DNA of 64,000 nt, from assembly GCF_006345805.1 (NCBI RefSeq), contig NC_043005.1, positions 41,912,001-41,976,000 of the forward strand, in the 5' to 3' direction. How positions within the stretch are numbered: position 1 is the first letter of the stretch; every line of letters starts with the position of its first letter. The stretch is from Octopus sinensis (lineage: Eukaryota). The notes under the pieces were generated by a model. That model saw only the letters and a list, made by a program, of their open reading frames with translations, ran no database searches and was not told the origin of the DNA. This document shows positions 40,113-53,689 of this stretch, piece by piece. A program made the translations under genes and the position numbers.

Positions 40113-40310
40113 ATATATATACATTATATAAAAGGGCTTAGTAAAATAAATTACTTTGCCGCATACTGAACTCATTAGAAATAGCAGCTAAAAAACTTTT
40201 TTAAAACTATTTCTAATACTTAAAGAAAACCTCTCTCATAAAGTGTTTGCTCAACTCAACTCACGAAAGTTTGGGGGTAAAGACATAAAAAATCAAATGC
40301 AAAGGTTATT

Positions 40311-40362
40311 TGAGAACGTACGTTTCAAGATTAGTCAACACGACACTTCTTTCATCAGCTCA
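40311..40362 (-). ncRNA. Minimal type-I hammerhead ribozyme, copy 1
   Basis: tgag CTGATGA aaga-17nt-tctt GAA ACGTACGT T ctca; canonical core and palindromic stem III. Confidence 0.7.
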
Positions 40363-40862
40363 GAAACTCCTTGGTTTGGATTTGAAAACACTGAAAGTGA
40401 GAGCATACCCTTTCGGCTTCTCATCGCTTTCGAAGATCTGCTCGTAACTAACAGTGCCAACAAACTCAAATATGCAAGCGAAGAATTACTGTTCTCCCCT
40501 TCCACCAGCGTGGGTTAAAATCAGCAAACACTATGCTTATTTCGGTAAAATCCGAAGCATTAATTAGAGGGAGATTAATTATAATTTCAACAATTGAGGG
40601 TAAAATAATTAATTATTAATCAATTTCACCAAGTGTTCAGTATGCAAAGGGACCATTTAAGGCGAATTAATATTACATAATAAAAGGGCTTAGTAAAATA
40701 AATTACTTTGCCGCATACTGAACTCATTAGAAATAGCAGCTAAAAAACTTTTTTAAAACTATTTCTAATACTTAAAGAAAACCTCTCTCATAAAGTGTTT
40801 GCTCAACTCAACTCACGAAAGTTTGGGGGTAAAGACATAAAAAATCAAATGCAAAGGTTATT

Positions 40863-40914
40863 TGAGAACGTACGTTTCAAGATTAGTCAACACGACACTT
40901 CTTTCATCAGCTCA
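40863..40914 (-). ncRNA. Minimal type-I hammerhead ribozyme, copy 2
   Basis: Identical to copy 1, 552 nt away. Confidence 0.7.
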
Positions 40915-41078
40915 GAAACTCCTGGTTTGGATTTGAAAACACTGAAAGTGAGAGCATACCCTTCGGCTTCTCATCGCTTTCGAAGATCTGCTCGTAACTA
41001 ACAGATCTTCGAAGCGATGAGAAGCCGAAAGGGTATGCTCTCACTTTCAGTGTTTTCAAATCCAAACCAAGGAGTTTC

Positions 41079-41130
41079 TGAGCTGATGAAAGAAGTGTCG
41101 TGTTGACTAATCTTGAAACGTACGTTCTCA
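41079..41130 (+). ncRNA. Minimal type-I hammerhead ribozyme, copy 3 (inverted arm)
   Basis: CTGATGA 41083-41089, stem II 41090-93/41111-14, GAAA 41115-18, ACGTACGT 41118-25, predicted cleavage after 41126. Confidence 0.7.
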
Positions 41131-41411
41131 AATAACCTTTGCATTTGATTTTTTATGTCTTTACCCCCAAACTTTCGTGAGTTGAGTTGAGCAAACACTT
41201 TATGAGAGAGGTTTTCTTTAAGTATTAGAAATAGTTTTAAAAAAGTTTTTTAGCTGCTATTTCTAATGAGTTCAGTATGCGGCAAAGTAATTTATTTTAC
41301 TAAGCCCTTTTATATAATGTAATAATTTGAATTCGCCTTAAATGGTCCCTTTGCATACTGAACACTTGGTGAAATTGATTAATAATTAATTAATTTTACC
41401 CTCAATTGTTG

Positions 41412-41455
<44 letters not shown>

Positions 41456-41859
41456 GTACATATTCAAGCAGATGTACACACACATATATGCATGTATGTA
41501 ATGGATGTATATATATATATAATATGTGTGTGCGTCATTGTCTGTATATATAGTGTTATAATAATGTGTATTGGAAGACGAGAAGACTATTTAAAGGTTT
41601 GTTCTCAGCATAACGTTGCATACGGCAGTCCTGTACTCATTGCAGTTAAACATATGACATCAAAACTCCAGATGGGTTAGCGTGCAAATTTTGTCACAAT
41701 ATAATAATGATAAATACATGTAGTGTAATTGGTATTTTAAACTTTATAAAACAGAAATGTTGCACAAGATAACTGTCATTGTTTCGCAAGGCAATTACCC
41801 AGATATCGTGATATAATCTGTTCATCTCTTCAACAAAGCGTGGCAAAATATTTGCCATA

Positions 41860-41959
<100 letters not shown>

Positions 41960-42199
41960 CAGCTACGCAAATTACATCCTGTACTGTAAGCATGGTAGAA
42001 AGGAGGATGATAAGGTGCAGTAGGAGGAGGATGTCGATAGATAGACAGATAGATAATAGATAGATAGGTAGATATGTAAATAGGTACTTAGAGAGATAGG
42101 AAGATGGATAGATAGGTAGATAGGTAGATAGATAGATAGGTAAGTAGGTAGATCGGTAGGTAGGTATGTAGCCAGCTAGCTAGCTAGCTAGCTAGATAG

Positions 42200-42243
<44 letters not shown>

Positions 42244-42261
42244 AGAGAGAGAGAGAGAGAT

Positions 42262-42355
<94 letters not shown>

Positions 42356-42482
42356 ATGACTTGTGTGAGAATCCCAAGTACATATTCATGCAAATGCGCA
42401 TGTACCCTCATACACTCTCGCAACTGCACACATATACTCAGTAGAGAGGAGGTTAATACGCAGAAATAACACAATAACAACA

Positions 42483-42537
<55 letters not shown>

Positions 42538-43313
42538 ACACACACACACACACACGTCTGTTTTGCCCTTGATAATGTGTGTTTTTTGTCTTGTGGTCAT
42601 TTAGCAAATTTACTTAATTGAAGTATAACTAGTACGACTGTGACGCTTTCTTTTGTCATGTTAACATCGCAGTTGATTTCAATTCAGTGTTGCTATGGTT
42701 ATATAGATATATCGTTTTAATCACATTTAGCATATAATTTTTTTGGTGTGTGCATGGGTATCGGTGTAAAGAAAAAAGCTCTTTGTCAAAGGTTATAAAC
42801 CATTTGATGTGTTAGTCCTCACAAAAACGCTTTACTCTCTGTATTCTCCTATGACAAAATCAATAAGATGGTTAATATTTAGAATGGCTCGATATTTAAA
42901 GGATATATTCCTGAATGACTAGAAAATAAAATACATTGTTGAAGGAACTGATTTGAATAAAGTTTGATTAAAGAACGGGTAACGATCGATAAAAAACATG
43001 GACGTTAGAATGAAATTTGGAGAGTATTTTCAAGTGATTGATGGTAACGATACAGTGTTTAAGTTCCATATTGCCATCAGTTTAATAATATTTTTGTCCG
43101 TAAACCATTATGGTTCTGTAATGAAATTATAGTGACTATCCATAATATTAATTCCAAATCTGTGAAATTGAACCAAGACACGCGAAGTTCATATGAAGAT
43201 GTATAATGCTGTATCATGGAAGGCCCATGTGCAATATTTACAAAATAATTGCAATATTATAATCCACAGCATATTTAAATGACTACAGTTTTTTAAAAAT
43301 AGTTTTGTGATAT

Positions 43314-43621
43314 GAGTTTCAAGGTATTGACCTATCATCGGCGTGTGACAATCATAGTTGTCGACGATGTATTTGTGAGGGGAGCTGACTTCTCGTCGAC
43401 AACTATGATTGTCACACGCCGATGATAGGTCAATACCTTGAAACTCGAGTCCGTGTGTATCATGGGTTGAAGGCGGGAAGGATGGCTTCCCTTCACAAAT
43501 ATTGATAGGGCACAGAAAGTGTGTCTGTAGCCAGCTGGAGGAGGTGTCTTCCTGGGGCTACAAACTACAGTAGGATCCACCCTTAGGGGTTAGCCATATT
43601 CAAATGGCAAATATACGTCAC
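43314..43621 (+). mobile_element. pLTR-like repeat with a 54-bp perfect inverted arm
   Basis: Arms 43314-43367 and 43393-43446, 25-nt loop; ends in (TA)n. Confidence 0.75.
43413..43457 (+). ncRNA. Minimal type-I hammerhead-like motif, GUC site
   Basis: cacacg CCGATGA t aggt-caat-acct t GAA ACTCGAGT C cgtgtg; U4 changed to C. Confidence 0.55.
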
Positions 43622-43662
43622 TATATATATATTATATATATATATTATATATATATATATAT

Positions 43663-43712
<50 letters not shown>

Positions 43713-43718
43713 TGTGTG

Positions 43719-44025
43719 GGCGCAATGGCCCAGTGGTTAGGGCAGCGGATTCGCGGTCATAGAATCACGGTTTCGATTCCTAGACTAGGCATTGTGAGTA
43801 TTTATCGAGCTAAAACACCTAAAGCTCCACCAGGCTCCGGCAGGAGGTGGTGGCGATCCCTGCTGTACTCTTTCGCCACATCTTTCTCTCACTCTTTCTT
43901 CTGTTGGCCTGCTCGCTTAGCCAGCGGGGTGGCGTCATTTGAAGGCTAAAACAATGCGAAACGCATTGTGGCCAGTGATGTGTAGCAACATCTGATAGCC
44001 TGGTCGGTCACGGTGATCACGGTGA
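43719..44025 (+). mobile_element. SINE family C, full length
   Basis: A-box tggcccagtgg, B-box ggtttcgattcc, tail ggtcggtcacggtgatcacggtga. Confidence 0.9.
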
Positions 44026-44049
44026 TATATATATATATATGACACCATG

Positions 44050-44225
44050 AAAGATCGTTAGCCACTACACACATTTTTCTCTCCTTGTTTTTACTGTGTC
44101 CCTTTCTGTAGAAGAGCGTAGGCTCGAATCGTAAAAGACCTTTCTATTCATGAGCGTTATACTAATACATCTGTTTGTTTTGTACACCACCTGTCTTCGT
44201 CTTTTCTTTTTCGTAAACTCTCCTT
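44050..44225 (+). mobile_element. pLTR-like repeat with hammerhead-like motif at 44102-44137
   Basis: cttt CTGTAGA a GAGC gtag GCTC GAA tCGT a aaag. Confidence 0.75.
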
Positions 44226-44242
44226 ATCTCTCTCTCTCTCTG

Positions 44243-44320
<78 letters not shown>

Positions 44321-45709
44321 TATATGTATATATATGCATATATATAAATATATTCATACAAGTAGAAAAGAGAAGGAAGTGAAGAGATAAAGAGAAAAAA
44401 GATCAACTACTATACTAGACTGATACTTTATATATCAACCGCGAATGGATGAAAAGCAAGAGCGATCTGTCTGTGTGAGCTGTGAACCCAGAATGCAAAC
44501 CACTGGACAAATGCAGCAAGGTATTCAATTCGCCACTCATTGATACCGTCATTTATTTGTGAAAGAGAAGCATCAGTAATCGGAGTAACTAGAGACATTG
44601 GTGATGAAGATGTCAGCAAGGTTATAATTGTTTCACTCAGTAAATTCTGAAAACGTATTTCGTATTGCAAGTATTGTTTTCGCAACAGTTGTGAGAACGA
44701 AAGCAATTACGCCAAAGATGGGTGACATCAAATTATGTTGTTGATAATGGTAAATGTTACAACAAATAAGACAATGATGATGATCGTGATGGAGATAATG
44801 AGAAGGATGATGATGAGGATGAGTAGGGTGGTGGTGATGCAGGTGGTGTCGGCGGTGGTGATGATGAGACGCCAATGACGAAGACGTTGATAATCTTTAG
44901 AAGAGCATAGATAAACCTGGCGAATCGAGTCAAAACCGATGATGACGTCATCGTTATTATGCAATGCACTGAATAATCATTTGTCGCAGATGAATAAAAG
45001 ATACATCTAACTCTTGTGCAACTAGCGATAATTTAATGAAAATGTAGATTAAATGAGTAACTGTCATCAATAGTGACGTGATTTCACATAGCATAGCTAC
45101 ATTGGTGAAAGTTCGTCTTAATACATTAAATGAATGATAAATGCTAGACAAACTGTCTTTGAAGAATCCAAAATAAATTTTTCGGCATTCCAGTGACTGG
45201 AGACAATTGAAATCGACTGCAATTGATAGAAATGTCATAGTAATCTTTTTAATTTGATATTCACAGAGTTTAATGTCAGCGTTCCTATCTAAATCAGTAG
45301 TAGATTCTTTGCACCCCAGAACTTGGAATTCAATGCTTATAATGATTCTCTACCTTTTAACAAATGTAATTATATACTGTAAATAAGTAAGAATGGATTC
45401 CGTTCTTTCTCTTATGCTTGCTCATTTTACACCACGTTCAATCATGTTGCTTTCATAGTTAATGCTTTTAAAGGAGAAATTTTAATTGTAGCGGTTTCAA
45501 CAAAATTGTTTACGGATGATGTGAGTGCAAAGATTCTGTGTTGGGAACATTGATATATTAAATAAGACACCAAGTACAATAATATTAGATGTTAAGTACA
45601 GTAATATTGAACGTTATGACACCGAAGGCGAAATTATTATACTAGTATCAGTGGTTAAAGATTATATGGTAGCAAGCAGTTTCTGTACAATGATCGGTGC
45701 TGTAATGAT

Positions 45710-45905
45710 TTCAAATTTTGGCACAAGGTCAGCAATTTTATGGGTTGAGATAAGTAGATTACATCGACTACAGAGTTCAACTGGTACTTATTTTATCGAC
45801 TTCGGAATGGTAAAAACAAAGTCGACGTCAGCAGTATTGCAACTAAGGACGCAAATACAGACGAAATGCCGCTAAGTATTTTGTCTGACGTGCTACCATT
45901 CTGTT
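45710..45905 (-). mobile_element. Degenerate SINE family A
   Basis: ggtacttattttatcgacttcggaatgg...aaagtcgac...gacgaaatgccgctaag. Confidence 0.7.
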
Positions 45906-45918
45906 ACCTCAAGGTCTT

Positions 45919-45985
<67 letters not shown>

Positions 45986-45988
<3 letters not shown>

Positions 45989-47935
45989 TAATAGACAATT
46001 CGAAGAGCGCATTGCGATTGCCGTAGATATTTTATTGGTTGAGCGATATTTCGACGGCAAGCCTGTCTTTGTCGAGTTCAAAATAAGGTGATAAACATTC
46101 GAAATTATAGAAATTCAAATCTAAAACCAGCGTCCAAGATTTTACGGTCTGAAAGAAGAACGCCTTTATTTTATGGTCTCCCTAAAATACACAAAACGTT
46201 CGAAAGATTTTCGCCAATGCGATCAATTTGTAGCAGATATGGATGCTGTACAGACAAGATTTCGGAATGACTGTATGGCTTCCTACTCCCTGTTTCGAAA
46301 CGATCATGTTCCTATATTCGGAATCAACATTCTTTTTAAGCACCGAAGCCTTGTCGAAACTTTTTGGTAACCATGGATGTTTCTTCCTTATATTCCACGA
46401 TGAAGGGATAGAAGCATGCATAAATGCCTTTGAAAACCTGTTAAACAAAAGTATTCCATCAAATTTTCTCTGTAGGTTATTGAGGTTTGTGTTACAATGT
46501 AACACAATGAAGTTTAGAAAAAAAATTTACCATCAGACGAGGGGTTGCGACATGGATACGCCCATGTCAGTTAATTTCACTAATGTCTTCATGACGAAAT
46601 TCGAGACACAGTTACTAAAGGCACTCAAATTCCTACACGGTCATGAACCAATATTATGGTTCATTGATGACACCTTTTTGTCTGAGTAGGACAAAATTGA
46701 CTTCTCGCATTTCTTTGACTGTTGTGCTAACAACTATGGGTTTAAGTCCAATATATAATTTACGTCTAGTTTTTCAAAAACTAACGTTCGAATTATTTAA
46801 CGCAAAAGTTAAGTTTTCTGGAGGCAGAATATTGACAGAGTTATTTTACAAGCCCACGTCATCCCACATTTACCTCCATCGAGGCTCCGATCGACCACGT
46901 TATATAATTCAGTCAAATCTGAAAACCCAATTTTTTAGGATAAAACGGATTTGTACTGACATAGGGGATTACTGGAAACATGCAAGTGCTTTTGTACACC
47001 ATTATGTCAAACGCGGTTACAGTGAATCACTCATGATTAAAGGAAATAGTAAATGAGATAGATAAGATTAGCAAAGAAAGTCAAACTTTCACACATAATT
47101 TTAGCAATTCCTTTAACTGGCACCGAAATTTCGCTGGCATTTCAAAAGTGTTGCATGAAAGTTACCTGCATCTTGCAGTAAAATATCCTCGGCCAAGCAG
47201 AGATTTTCTCAGCCGCCTATTGTATGTAGCCTCTAGACGGAATAAAAATCTATATAAAGATCTATTGACCTCTATTTCTGACACCAAGAAAACTACCATT
47301 GGAGTATCTGCACGCTGTACCTTGAAAAAAAGTCACGACAGAGGTAAAACTTGTTCATGTGCAACATGAGTCAAGTGAATTCCATCAGGAATCATAATAG
47401 AAATGTTATGATTTATACAGAAGGTGGGACATGTAGAGATTCTTATTTGGTGTACGCGGAAAAATACACGAAACAACTTGATTTATGTTGGCTGTACAAT
47501 TAAACAAAAAATTTAATGGGCACTGATATGACGTCACAATAACAGTAGTTTGACAGACCTTTCTGAACATTTTGCTTTAAATGGCTGTAATTTTAAAAAA
47601 GACTTGAGAAATGAATAAAATAACAAGAGAATATCATCAAATTTACTCAAAACTCTTTGATTAAATATCCTTTCTTGTCTTTTTTCGGTCCTTTTATTTC
47701 CTCATTTTTGTGTCTTTTTCTTTTCACTAGTTATAAAATTGAAACTTGAAGACTGATGATGTCATTCCATTAGTGTGTGAACGATGGTTACTCTCGTTCA
47801 TATTTTTGATTTGAATTTCTATAATTTTGAATTTTTACCGCTTTTTTATTTTGAACTCGATAAAGATAGGCTTGCTGTCGAAATATCGTTCAATCAATAA
47901 AATATCTATTGTAATCGCTTCGTCTTGTCTGTTTA
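45986..47935 (+). pseudogene. Penelope-like element: RT plus GIY-YIG endonuclease, 5'-truncated with inverted pLTR
   Basis: FYGLPKIHK..PMRSI, YHQTRGCDMDTP, WFIDDTF, ELFYKPTSSHIYLHRGS; GIY-YIG-like GGTCRDSYLVYA...LIYVGCT near 47420-47500; 45986-46120 is the reverse complement of 47805-47935; many frameshifts. Confidence 0.85.
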
Positions 47936-47966
47936 CCTTTGTGAAGAGTTACGTCAATCCTTTTAC

Positions 47967-48040
<74 letters not shown>

Positions 48041-48132
48041 GATTAAATCTCTTTGCTTACTTGCTGTGTAGGGGAAGCAAACTTCATACCACACAGCCAC
48101 ACGCACTCACACACACACACACACACACACAT

Positions 48133-48201
<69 letters not shown>

Positions 48202-48450
48202 ATTAGGGAGTATAACTCCAAACTTACTGGGAAAAATTCAATTTAGTATTAAATCAAATTTCACAAAATAGATGTATAAAATATAAATTAGAGATAAAAC
48301 CGCTATTATGCGACTCAAACAGTGATAGACATAAACCAAAAACATAAATAACAAATAATATATATTTTTATAAAACATATAACTAGATCTCAAAAAGTAT
48401 AAAAATATATGATCAATATATAATAAGTAATAACTAAAAAGTAATAAGTA

Positions 48451-48566
<116 letters not shown>

Positions 48567-49616
48567 GATAGATGTGTGCGTGCAACTTTGGCTAAACGAA
48601 TATGAGAATATATGAATTGAGAAATAAATAGATACATCGAAGAAACATCATTTAAAGAATTAATAAATAAGAGAACCAGAATGAAATTCAAAGCTGATAT
48701 GATTAATGTCTAAAATAATACTCAATGTAAAAAAATAATGTGGAAGATTACATTCAGAATTTTCTCGGACTAATTAACACCATCTTTACAGAATCGGAAA
48801 CCGAATAGGAAGAATAACATAAATGGAAGCATAGAATTATAGTTCGTGCAAATCATAGGAATTCTATATAAAAAATAAAAATATTATTGCTGCTTTAAAT
48901 GCAAATAATCTCTGTAAAAATTATCGGGCTGGTTTTTACGATTGCTAGAGAAGAAATTTCAGCTTTTATACAATGTTGATGGAAGAGATGAGAAAAAAGG
49001 AGAAATTAAAACTCACAATAAAGAAACGAATAAATGGAAAGTTAATTTATTAAACTTCTGTGACCAAACATTCTGTCTTTTATAGATCGCTGTTAGTCGA
49101 TATTCTCTGCAAGTTTTAATGTCAATCAAAGGAAAAATTCAACGCATACTTCTGTCAAATGATAATTGCACAATGAAATCGAGGTTAAAATAAGAATGAA
49201 ATGAAAGACCCTACATAGAAACCCACCAAAAACTCATTATACTTTTAAGCAATATTTGAACTATAAAGGACATTTTAAAATGGAAATTATTCAAAATTTA
49301 ACATTAAGTAAAAGGAAATATCTTTTTGTTTTTCGTTTTGTAAATATTACAATATAAATTGATAAAAATGGGAATAAAAAGATAGTCAGAGTATTCTTTT
49401 CGAAAAGATGCTAATTTTGTGAAAACGAAAATAGGATTATAAAAATCGTGATTCAATGTGTATTGATTAAATGTTAAAATGAAAAATGAATCCAAATCTC
49501 TATTTTTGTTGTACTTTTGTTTCGATTAGTAATAAGAGAAACTGAAAATTAAACCTTGTTGATACTGTGTTTTATGATGCATCTCTGTCAGATGCACACA
49601 CACACGCGTGCGCGCC

Positions 49617-49647
<31 letters not shown>

Positions 49648-49731
49648 GTATGTATATGTGTGTGTGCATATATATATACATATATGTATACACACACACA
49701 CACACATATATATATATATGTATATGTACGA

Positions 49732-49771
<40 letters not shown>

Positions 49772-49783
49772 TCGTACATATAC

Positions 49784-49823
<40 letters not shown>

Positions 49824-49834
49824 ATACATATATG

Positions 49835-49881
<47 letters not shown>

Positions 49882-49981
49882 GATATATTGGTAAAAACGG
49901 TAAGATAACAAGAGAAAGAAAGAGACCTCAATATTATGTAAATATAACGGTATTTTTTCATAGCGTTTTTTTCAGATGGCC

Positions 49982-50044
49982 AGATAACCGAAGAGATGGT
50001 GTTGTGGATTTCCACTTCGGCATCTGAAACTCAGAGTTTTATCT
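49982..50044 (+). ncRNA. Hammerhead-like motif in a further (TA)n-embedded repeat (~49890-50065)
   Basis: agataa CCGAAGA gatg-22nt-catc t GAA ACT-cag-AGT T ttatct; 6-bp helix I; U4C and one extra nt before GAAA. Confidence 0.4.
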
Positions 50045-50841
50045 TGACTATTGAGTAATTGTAACATATTATTTTATAGATACATATAGATATAGGTATT
50101 TATGTACATATATACATAATATATATGTATATATATTATATATGTATTATATCTGTATGTATGTATGTATGTATGTATGTATGTATGTATGTATGTACAT
50201 AAAAATCTGTATCTATGATCTATTCTGAGATATCATAAACTAAACTAGCTCTTCAGTGTTGATAATTCAGTATTCTGAATACTCCGACGAATTCGTAAGC
50301 GTTTTTCATTCTATGCATATTTTTGACAATAACACAGTTCTCTTCTATCGTATATCATTATGATATCTGCTATAATAAATATTTTCACTATAAAATGTTT
50401 CTGATTCCGTATTTTTATTCTCTTCTATTTTCTTTTATTTATACTTTGTTTATTTTGAGATGTTCCTTAAAGAAGGGAAACCGTTACATTTCATTATATG
50501 TTTTCAATATGTTTGTGTTATAAGCGATACGAACTTATTATACGGTGGAAGTACTACTATGTACATATACCCGTGTATATGCGTGCTGGACCGTGTATGC
50601 ATGTAGATGATGCAGTTCAATTCTTACAAATATCAACAGCAAAATTGTGTGGGCATGACCATGCAGCGTCAGCTATTGTGACTGGACGGGCGATTAGAAT
50701 CCTACAATATATTGGATTCCATTCACAGTAATATGCAAACGAAGTGAGAAATAACGCGAGTGATATCCAAATGAGGACGTTTTAAGGATGTGCAAGGTGA
50801 GGCCTGACAATTGATGGGATTTTTACTTCTGACCGTGTCAC

Positions 50842-50925
50842 ATGGCGGCGGCTGTGTTGGGATGGGTTCCCTCCAGAGAACAACCACAAGACAGCATAAC
50901 AGATCCAAAATTTAGTGCCGCCACC

Positions 50926-50986
<61 letters not shown>

Positions 50987-51124
50987 TCAACAACAGCAAC
51001 AACAACAACACCATCAGTACTGCCACCACTACCAGCAGAATCACATATAGGCGTAAAATAAAGTCTTTCGATCTATTCAGTCATCAAAGGTATCAACCGT
51101 CAGTGAAGAGGGAGGAATTCATCA
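50842..51124 (+). CDS. Candidate first coding exon with poly-Thr/poly-Asn tract
   Basis: cacATGGCG start with in-frame upstream stop; [26 protein letters not shown]-tract..[18 protein letters not shown]; possible donors AG|GTATCA 51090 or CA|GTGAGT 51125. Confidence 0.3.
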
Positions 51125-51172
51125 GTGAGTTTCAGAGACGACATTTCTGTGCATATGTAAGAGTGTGTTTGT

Positions 51173-51203
<31 letters not shown>

Positions 51204-51320
51204 ATGTGTGTGCGCGCGCACACGCCATCGTTTTTGTATGGGCATGAGAGTGTGTAACCGAGGGAGTTATGATTGGTCACATAATGCATTACTAAATATT
51301 GAATGTATATGTGAACTTAC

Positions 51321-51469
<149 letters not shown>

Positions 51470-51491
51470 GTATATATATATTATATTATAT

Positions 51492-51537
<46 letters not shown>

Positions 51538-52734
51538 CGATATGGTATAGCTGGTAAAAGAACAAAAGGGAAACAAATTTACAAAGGACTTAAATGTCAT
51601 TTGATATATATCATTTCTGTATCTTTTCTTTATATCTTAGTCCAGTTTTCTCTCTGTTTCTTTTCGCAGATACCCGCCCCCAACATATATGCACACACAC
51701 TCGAACACACACACACAGACACAGATATATGGGCGAACATACCCTTATTTGCATTTTTCGCCATCATTTACACATTTTCATTCATACTCTTGCCGTTAGT
51801 TGTAAGCTCATTCTATCGTTTCCAGTATGTCTTTATATTCTCTTATCTTTCTTCTTGCTTTCCTCTCCACATTTCTCAAATATTTTCTCACGTTATGTAG
51901 AATATTGTTAGCAAGTTTATTTGGATGTCAGCTATAGCTTCTTCGTACGTCCTTTTTCACGATATTGCAAGAAATGTCGTTAAATGCAAATTACATTTAG
52001 TGCCGTGGCCAATATTATGTGAAAATCGAAAAAAAAAAAAGATAAAACAAAATAAAAGGAAGATAAATTAAAATCGATTAAAATATATGAAAAGACGTAA
52101 AAAAAAAAAGATTCTTCTCTTCGTTGCGTGTGAAAATAACGAGGCTAGATGTACTCTTAAGAAGCAGAAAATGCAGAAAAACGTAATGTTTCACATAGGT
52201 GGCAAAATAACATTTAAAATGCATGGCATTTACTGTAATAAATTAAGAAATAGATCATTATCTTCTTGACAAAAGAGGAAACAGATTGCATCGTTTGGAG
52301 AAATATATTCGCTGTGATGACAGCTCAAAATGTTGATGCTATAAGCTGCATCAAAAGAAAAATAACGAATACATTAAATAACGTTTGTTGTAAAGTGACA
52401 TCGTAGCCACAAGGCTATATCCTTTATTCGATTTTTCTCAGGCCAGATGGAATTAAATAAGGGTACTTAGTGTGTTATAAATCTTCAGATTAATACTACA
52501 ATTGATTTAAATTTTAGGAGCCAAAATTTGTTTCTTGAGCTTCTGGTCTCCATATGGTACTGGTACCTGTTTTACCCAGTCGTTAGAAGTAAATATAGGT
52601 TATAAAAAGGTTTAGTCTGATTCTTTTTTTTTTTAGATTTTTCTCAAGACAGACAGAATGAAATATGGGTAGATTGTGTGTAATAGATCTTCAGATTAAT
52701 ATCATAATTGATTTAAATTTTAGGAATCTATCTT

Positions 52735-52966
52735 ATTTTTTTATTTCACACAAGGGGCTAAACATACAGGGGACAAAAAAGGACAGACAAACTGATTAAG
52801 CCGATTATATCGACCCCAGTGCGTAACTGGTACTTATTTAATCGACCCCGAAAAAATGAAAGGCAAAGTCGACCTCGGCGGAATTTTAACTCAGAACGTA
52901 GCGGCAGACGAAATACCACTAAGCATTTCTCCCAACGTGCTAACGTTTCTGCCAGCACACTGCCAT
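52735..52966 (-). mobile_element. SINE family A with TSD, inside the second copy of an old ~205-bp tandem duplication (about 52440-53070)
   Basis: aatctatctt duplicated on both sides; flanks repeat tcttcagattaat...ggtacctgtttta...cgttagaagtaaat. Confidence 0.85.
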
Positions 52967-53689
52967 AGAAATCTATCTTTCTTTCTTGAGCTTCTTGCTT
53001 TAATACGGCACTGGTACCTGTTTTAATCAGCCGTTAGAAGTAAATACAAGTTCTAAAATGTTTAGTCTTAGAGAAATGTGTTATTATAGTATATGTGCTA
53101 TGTTACTTGGTAATAGTTGAAGCAGCAATTAACCAATCAGAAAACTTTTACGCTGTCAGACGATCTGGAATAAAATTGCATCATGCCGTCCAAAAAAACA
53201 AAGAAACACATGTAATATAGCTGTAAATACGATATGCCTGAAAAGACAGGACAAAATGGGTCATTACTGAAAATCCATTACTTATCGATCTACTCAATCA
53301 ACGCTGATTTGGGTTAAATGACAGCAGCACCATCATCACCACCATCACCATCAACACCGGGAACAACAACAACAGCAGTAGCAGATTGTCGATTGCTATT
53401 TTGTTGTGTTGGATTTTGTGAGTTAGGTTACGTCACTAACAAGCTGGTTGTGTGAATTTGTGACATATTTCGATCTAACAAACCTCTGGCATAAACCATC
53501 TCGTGTATAATATACTTCACTAACTTTGTTAATTCTAATGTCTAGTCAGTATAGGGAATGAACTATTTTTTAACTACTATTTCCTGTTATAAGCGCCAAA
53601 TCTGTCCAAAGAATTTGTACCACACGCTTTCTGTCTGTATGTATATGAATGAATATAAACTTAGATAAACTTAGATATGTTTCGACCAA

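Larger units (their letters stand above)
40121..41419. mobile_element. ORF-less Penelope pLTR-like element: 552-bp tandem units plus inverted arm
   Basis: Unit repeats at 552-bp offset; 40580-40990 is inverted at 41002-41419 with an 11-nt spacer; (TA)n on both sides. Confidence 0.85.

Noticed and set aside
40243-40518. 91-aa ORF in the 552-bp unit
   Set aside because: Antisense to the hammerhead strand, no recognisable domain, and frameshifted in the other copies
43719-43790. tRNA genes at SINE heads (also 31710, 39940, 56631, 63622)
   Set aside because: A and B boxes are present, but there is no full cloverleaf and each continues into a SINE body
44428-45238. Overlapping minus-strand ORFs with poly-His, Ser/Pro and hydrophobic runs
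   Set aside because: All frames close within about 95 codons, they are driven by (GAT/GGT)n low complexity, and there are no convincing splice sites
47745-47800. Hammerhead in the Penelope 3' region (ctgatga...gaacg)
   Set aside because: GAAA is incomplete and no helix I pairing was found; at best a relic
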